A DNA stretch of 64,000 nucleotides from positions 8,102 to 72,101 of the forward strand of contig CABZWX010000004.1 in NCBI GenBank assembly GCA_902529515.1. Direction: 5' to 3'. Within the stretch, counting starts at the first letter, position 1; each line of letters opens with the position of its first letter. The notes beneath the pieces are model-generated. The model was not told the origin of the DNA. It saw nothing but the letters and a program-made list of their open reading frames with translations, and did not search any database. Made by a program: the position numbers and the translations under genes. Shown piece after piece: positions 59,180-64,000 of the stretch. The stretch comes from an uncultured SAR116 cluster alpha proteobacterium (GTDB taxonomy: Bacteria > Pseudomonadota > Alphaproteobacteria > Puniceispirillales > Marisalimonadaceae).

Positions 59180-59956
59180 TTGTCAAAGTTTTCAAAAAAC
59201 TGTCAAAAAGTTACATTTGTTAAACATTGGACTGAAAATTTATTTTCTTTTCGCATTACCCGACCAAAAAGTTTTAAATTTAGATCAGGCGAGTTTGTTA
59301 TGATTGGCTTACCTGATAGTAATGACAAGCCAATATTAAGAGCGTACTCAATATGTTCACCTAGTTGGTCTGATGAATTAGAGTTTTATTCTATAATTGT
59401 AAAAAATGGACCTTTGACATCAAAATTAAAAAACATAAAAAATGGTGATGAAATTATTATGATGCCTAAATCAACAGGGACATTAGTTTTAGATGCATTA
59501 AAACCTGGGAAAAGATTGTTTTTACTTTCCTCCGGAACAGGTTTTGCTCCATTTGCAGCACTTATAAGAGAGCCTGAAACTTATGAAAGATTTGAAAGTA
59601 TAATTGTTACACATACTTGTAGAATGGTTGCTGAATTATCTTATAGTCAAAGTATAATTCAAGAATGTAAGTATGACGAATTAGTTAGAGAAATTATAGA
59701 TAATAAATTATTAAGCTATCATTCTACAACGAGAGATAATTATATTTTCAATGGTAGGATTACAGAACTTATATCATCAGACAAATTATTTAATGATCTA
59801 AGAATAAACTCAATCTCGTCTGATGATAGATTCATGTTTTGTGGATCAATAGGATTAAACAATGATCTTAAAAAAATTATGTTAGAACATAACTTCCGTG
59901 AAGGAGCCAATAATCATCCAGGAGACTTTGTCTTAGAAAAAGCTTTTGTAGGTTAA
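59180..59956 (+). CDS. fpr: Ferredoxin-NADP+ reductase
   Basis: HWTENLFSF, RAYSI, GPLTS, GTGFAPF, CGS, EKAF. Confidence 0.92.
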   Translation: MSKFSKNCQKVTFVKHWTENLFSFRITRPKSFKFRSGEFVMIGLPDSNDKPILRAYSICSPSWSDELEFYSIIVKNGPLTSKLKNIKNGDEIIMMPKSTGTLVLDALKPGKRLFLLSSGTGFAPFAALIREPETYERFESIIVTHTCRMVAELSYSQSIIQECKYDELVREIIDNKLLSYHSTTRDNYIFNGRITELISSDKLFNDLRINSISSDDRFMFCGSIGLNNDLKKIMLEHNFREGANNHPGDFVLEKAFVG

Positions 59957-60676
59957 TTACCACTTTTCTATGTCAGGTCTTAGCTCTACATCAAATGACC
60001 AGGCAGATCGTTTTTGTTGTGAAATTTTAAAAATTTCTTCAGCTATATCCTGTGGTTGAGCAAATTCAATATCATTTTTACTTTTTTGGTGTTCTATTCT
60101 ACTTCTAGTCCATGGAGTGTTTATTGATGCATCAATTGTTATATATGCAACATGAATACCTTGAGGTCCAAAATCACGTGCTAATGATTGTGCAAGAATT
60201 CTTTGGGCAGCTTTGGTGGGAGCAAAATAGGGTGTCATAGCCACTCCCCTATGTGCAGCAGTATTACCTGTTATAATTATAACTCCTTTTTTATTTTTTA
60301 ACATGTCTGGTATCAAAAAGTGAGACAAATACATTAGTGAAGTTGTATTAATTCTGAAGTTCTTCTCTAACCACTCTGGTTTACCTTTCAATAAGTATTC
60401 GAAGTTTCCTCTCACTGCATTATGAATAAGAACTTCTGGAGCTGACATTTCATATTTAATTTTTTTACATATATCCTCCAAATGTTTTAAATTAGATACA
60501 TCGCATACATATCCTTTTGAACCAGGTAATTCTTGTTCAAACTTTTTCAATCTTTCTTCAGTTCTGGCTAACATTGCAACTCTATATCCAGCCTTAGCAA
60601 ATCGTCTGGCAGTATACCCTCCTGTACCCTCACCTAAACCAGTAATCATACAAACTGGCATTTTTGAAATTGACAT
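59957..60676 (-). CDS. SDR-family oxidoreductase
   Basis: TGLGEGTG, HNA, FAPTKAAQR. Confidence 0.85.
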   Translation of the reverse strand: MSISKMPVCMITGLGEGTGGYTARRFAKAGYRVAMLARTEERLKKFEQELPGSKGYVCDVSNLKHLEDICKKIKYEMSAPEVLIHNAVRGNFEYLLKGKPEWLEKNFRINTTSLMYLSHFLIPDMLKNKKGVIIITGNTAAHRGVAMTPYFAPTKAAQRILAQSLARDFGPQGIHVAYITIDASINTPWTRSRIEHQKSKNDIEFAQPQDIAEEIFKISQQKRSAWSFDVELRPDIEKW

Positions 60677-60772
60677 TTTTCTACTCCAATAACTAAAATC
60701 ACATGATTAAGATTAAACAACAAAAACTATTTGATGGCTATAAAAGACTTATGTAAAATTTTGTGTGAATTT

Positions 60773-60848
60773 TGGTGGGCGGTGACGGTCTCGAACCGCC
60801 GACCCTCTCGGTGTAAACGAGATGCTCTACCAACTGAGCTAACCGCCC
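60773..60848 (-). tRNA. tRNA-Val(TAC)
   Basis: Reverse complement GGGCGGTTAGCTCAGTTGGTAGAGCA-TCTCG-TTTACAC-CGAGA...GTTCGAGAC...ACCA; 76 nt. Confidence 0.97.
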
Positions 60849-60939
60849 TTAAGATGGACTTTATACGTAATTTTTTTAACGAAGACAATAATTAACTTAT
60901 TATTTGATAAATAAAATTTAGAAATAAGGAAAAATTTCA

Positions 60940-61473
60940 ATGCACTCTAAATGGATTTTTAATCAGATAGAATCTTTAAAGATTAAGAAAAAAATAAATC
61001 TCTTAGATTTTGCTTCTGGAAATGGAAGAAATAGTATCCCACTATCAAAAAAAAATGTCTTAGTAACAGCTATTGATATAGATCAAGAAAAATTAGATAA
61101 TTATTCAAATTTTAAATACATTAATACAATATGTTTTGATCTTGAAACTAATGAAGAATGGCCATTGGTTAGAGAATATTATGATGTGATCATAGTTGTA
61201 AATTACTTATATAGACCTAAGATCAAAAAATTAATAAATTTGCTTAAAAAAGATGGTTTTTTATTTTACGAAACCTTTTCAGTAGGCAATGAAAAATATG
61301 GTTCACCCAAAAACCCAAATTTCTTACTCAAAAATAGAGAGTTATTAGATATTTTTGGTGAGGAGCTTTTGCCATTAAGTTTTTTCGAGGGTAAAATTAC
61401 CGACAAAAATATTTCTGTAAAACAAATTGCTAGTTTTAAAAAAGGCGTCTTTGAAAAGACGCCTTGTTATTAA
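60940..61473 (+). CDS. Class I SAM-dependent methyltransferase (TehB-like)
   Basis: LDFASGNGRN, AIDID, VVNYLYRP, YETF. Confidence 0.82.
   Translation: MHSKWIFNQIESLKIKKKINLLDFASGNGRNSIPLSKKNVLVTAIDIDQEKLDNYSNFKYINTICFDLETNEEWPLVREYYDVIIVVNYLYRPKIKKLINLLKKDGFLFYETFSVGNEKYGSPKNPNFLLKNRELLDIFGEELLPLSFFEGKITDKNISVKQIASFKKGVFEKTPCY
61438..61465 (-). terminator. Intrinsic terminator of hup, lying inside the 3' end of the opposing methyltransferase gene
   Basis: AAGGCGTCTT-TGAA-AAGACGCCTT 10-bp stem, T run on the minus strand. Confidence 0.8.
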
Positions 61474-61487
61474 AAGTAAAGTCTAAT

Positions 61488-61760
61488 TTAATTTACAGCA
61501 GCCTTTAAAGGACTTCCAGCCTTAAATTTTGGTTGCTTAGATGCTTTAATTTGGATTGTTTCACCTGTTCTAGGATTTCTACCTGTTGTAGCGGCACGGT
61601 TAGCAACAGAAAAAGTTCCAAAACCAACTATGCGCACATCTCCACCTGATTTTAAAGCATTGGTGATTGACTCAAAAACTCCATCTACTGCTTTTGCAGA
61701 ATCTACTTTTGAAAGACCTGACGCGTCAGCAACACTTGCAACTAATTCATTCTTATTCAT
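61488..61760 (-). CDS. hup: DNA-binding protein HU
   Basis: MNKNELV, GFGTF, GRNPRTGE, PKFKAG; AGGAGG RBS. Confidence 0.96.
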   Translation of the reverse strand: MNKNELVASVADASGLSKVDSAKAVDGVFESITNALKSGGDVRIVGFGTFSVANRAATTGRNPRTGETIQIKASKQPKFKAGSPLKAAVN

Positions 61761-61845
61761 TCGTACCTCCTTAATGAGTTAATTTAATAATAAATTAACT
61801 GATTTTAACTTATAACACTAGAAAATAAAGTTAATTATTATGAAA

Positions 61846-64000
61846 TTAATGAGAAAAACTTGTTTTTTCTGTATTATTACTTTCGTTTTTTGATATTTTA
61901 CTAGCTTCTAGTATACTTAGTTCTTGTGGAGTATCTATTAAAGCATTTGAAATTACATCATCTATAGAACTAACAGGTATAATTTCTAACTTATTTTTGA
62001 TATTGTCAGGAATTTCAATAAGATCTTTTTCGTTATCCTTCGGTATCAAAACAGTTTTAATACCACCTCTTCTAGCGGCTAAAAGTTTTTCTTTCAAACC
62101 ACCAATAGGTAAAACTCTTCCCCTTAAAGTAATTTCACCAGTCATGCCCACTGATTTTTTAACTTTTATGTCTGTCAAAGCTGAAACTATACTAGTAACC
62201 ATAGCAACACCTGCGGAAGGACCATCCTTTGGTGTTGCTCCTTCAGGAACGTGCACGTGAACATCTAGTTTTTCAATATCAAAAGGATCTAAACCAAAAG
62301 AAAACGCCTTTGACCTTATAAAAAACTCAGCAGCTTGAACTGACTCTTTCATAACATCACCTAGTTTTCCAGTTGCGGTAACCTTGCCTTTACCTTTCAC
62401 TTTTACAGCCTCAATTGACAATAATTCTCCTCCAACCTCAGTCCACGCCAATCCAGTTGTTATGCCAACTAAATCCTCTTTTTCTATCTCAAGCCTTTGA
62501 TAAATAGGAACACCCAGTAAATCAGGTAAATTGTTTTTACTAACAGAAATTGATTTTGCTTCATTTTTTTCAATTTGAGTTACAACTTTTCTAGTCAATT
62601 TAGCTAATTGTCTTTCTAAATTTCGAACCCCTGCTTCTCTAGTGTATGATTGTATAATCATTTTCAGAGCTTCTTCATTGATTGAGAATTCTGATTTTTT
62701 AAGTTTGCAGCTATCCATTTGTTTTTGTAATAAATGTCTTTTGGCAATTTCTAGTTTTTCATCTTCTGTGTAACCAGACAACCTAATTACTTCCATCCTA
62801 TCCAACAAAGCTTGTGGCATATTTAAGGTATTTGAAGTTGTTATAAATAACACTTTTGACAAATCATAATCAACCTCAAGGTAATGATCTTGAAATGTTT
62901 TGTTTTGTTCTGGATCTAAAACCTCAAGTAATGCGGAAGAAGGGTCACCTCTGTAATCATTTCCTAATTTGTCTATTTCATCCAATAAAAAAAGTGGATT
63001 AACAGATGATGATTTTTTCATACCATGTATAATTTTACCTGGTAATGATCCTATATAAGTTCTTCTATGACCTCTAATTTCTGCCTCATCACGAACGCCA
63101 CCTAACGCCATTCTAATATATTGTCTGCCTGTTGCTTGTGCTATTGATTTTCCCAATGAAGTTTTACCCACACCTGGTGGACCAACTAAACACAATATTG
63201 GGCCTTTAACATCATTTGTTCTTTTTTGAACGGCAAGAAATTCAATAATTCTATCCTTAACTTTTTCCAAACCATAATGATCATTATCTAAGATTTTTCT
63301 TGCGTTAACAATATCAGATTTAACTTTATTAATCTTCTTCCAAGGAATAGAAATCAACCAATCAATATATGACCTAACGACAGTTGCTTCAGCACTCATT
63401 GGACTCATATTTCTTAGTTTTTTTAATTCTGATAAAGCTTTTTCTTTGGCTTCCTTGCTAAGTTTTGCTTTATTAATTTTATCTTCAAATTCATCGAATT
63501 CATTTTTGCCATCATCAGATGTACCAAGTTCTTTTTGTATAGCTTTTAGTTGTTCGTTTAAATAATACTCTCTTTGTGTTTTTTCCATCTGTTTTTTTAC
63601 GTTACTTCTAATTTTTCTTTCAGAGCTAAGTATTTCAATCTCTTTCTCAATTTTTGTAGTCAAAGTTTTTATCCTCTCGACTGCATCAGTCATTTCAAGA
63701 AAAGATTGTTTTTCATCAATGGAAAAAACAAGATGATTAACAATTGTATCAGATAAAACGTCTGAGTTATCAATATTAGATATTGTTGATAAAACATCAG
63801 AGTTTATTTTACTGCTAAGTTTGGAAAATCTTTCAAAAGAATTTTTGAGATGATTAATTATATTATCATGATTGTTAACTGATGAAACATCTTTTTTTAA
63901 AACATTTAATTTTGCACTTAAATAATCATCTGATGAAATGATCTCTTTAATTTCGCATCTAAACTTTCCTTCAACTAATACTTTAACAGTTCCATCCGGC
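61846..64000 (-). CDS. lon: Lon protease, 5' end outside the window
   Basis: GPPGVGKT, LLDEIDK, PKDGPSAG, GGLKEK; frame stays open to the edge (PDGTVKVLVEG). Confidence 0.96.
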   Translation of the reverse strand, partial: PDGTVKVLVEGKFRCEIKEIISSDDYLSAKLNVLKKDVSSVNNHDNIINHLKNSFERFSKLSSKINSDVLSTISNIDNSDVLSDTIVNHLVFSIDEKQSFLEMTDAVERIKTLTTKIEKEIEILSSERKIRSNVKKQMEKTQREYYLNEQLKAIQKELGTSDDGKNEFDEFEDKINKAKLSKEAKEKALSELKKLRNMSPMSAEATVVRSYIDWLISIPWKKINKVKSDIVNARKILDNDHYGLEKVKDRIIEFLAVQKRTNDVKGPILCLVGPPGVGKTSLGKSIAQATGRQYIRMALGGVRDEAEIRGHRRTYIGSLPGKIIHGMKKSSSVNPLFLLDEIDKLGNDYRGDPSSALLEVLDPEQNKTFQDHYLEVDYDLSKVLFITTSNTLNMPQALLDRMEVIRLSGYTEDEKLEIAKRHLLQKQMDSCKLKKSEFSINEEALKMIIQSYTREAGVRNLERQLAKLTRKVVTQIEKNEAKSISVSKNNLPDLLGVPIYQRLEIEKEDLVGITTGLAWTEVGGELLSIEAVKVKGKGKVTATGKLGDVMKESVQAAEFFIRSKAFSFGLDPFDIEKLDVHVHVPEGATPKDGPSAGVAMVTSIVSALTDIKVKKSVGMTGEITLRGRVLPIGGLKEKLLAARRGGIKTVLIPKDNEKDLIEIPDNIKNKLEIIPVSSIDDVISNALIDTPQELSILEASKISKNESNNTEKTSFSH

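Noticed and set aside
63694-64000. Apparently short or frameshifted Lon (615 aa)
   Set aside because: Hand translation shows the same frame open to the window edge, so this is an edge artefact

Overview
AT-rich chromosomal segment, most likely from a streamlined, probably marine alphaproteobacterium (inferred from gene content and the lon-hup-tRNA-Val...tRNA-Asp order). It carries the four-gene ligase-associated DNA-damage cluster (PdeM, Lhr-core helicase, MBL exonuclease, ATP-dependent ligase), a TPP-riboswitch ThiXY-type uptake pair, a ten-gene Mrp/Mnh antiporter with three MrpD paralogues, ETF-QO, a MoxR/vWA pair, MarR-EmrAB, a two-subunit ThDP decarboxylase, cobT-cobS-cobC, a two-subunit formate dehydrogenase, dgoKA, a cobalamin riboswitch-btuB-DUF6580 unit, fpr, hup, a partial lon and three tRNAs (Pro-TGG, Asp-GTC, Val-TAC). 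Best candidate for an undescribed system: a compositionally distinct four-gene operon (9778-13076) encoding a fused double-DUF1538 membrane protein, two divergent P-II-like proteins and a 250-aa coiled-coil protein rich in IxxN heptads. Other notable signals are a decayed tRNA-Asp copy with its promoter in front of a methyltransferase gene, a probable ATT start for thiY directly behind the TPP aptamer, two unannotated small membrane ORFs, an HtrA-like protein lacking its catalytic triad and a GAF two-gene module. No CRISPR array, integrase or transposase was seen. All family calls are by motif recognition; no database search was run.
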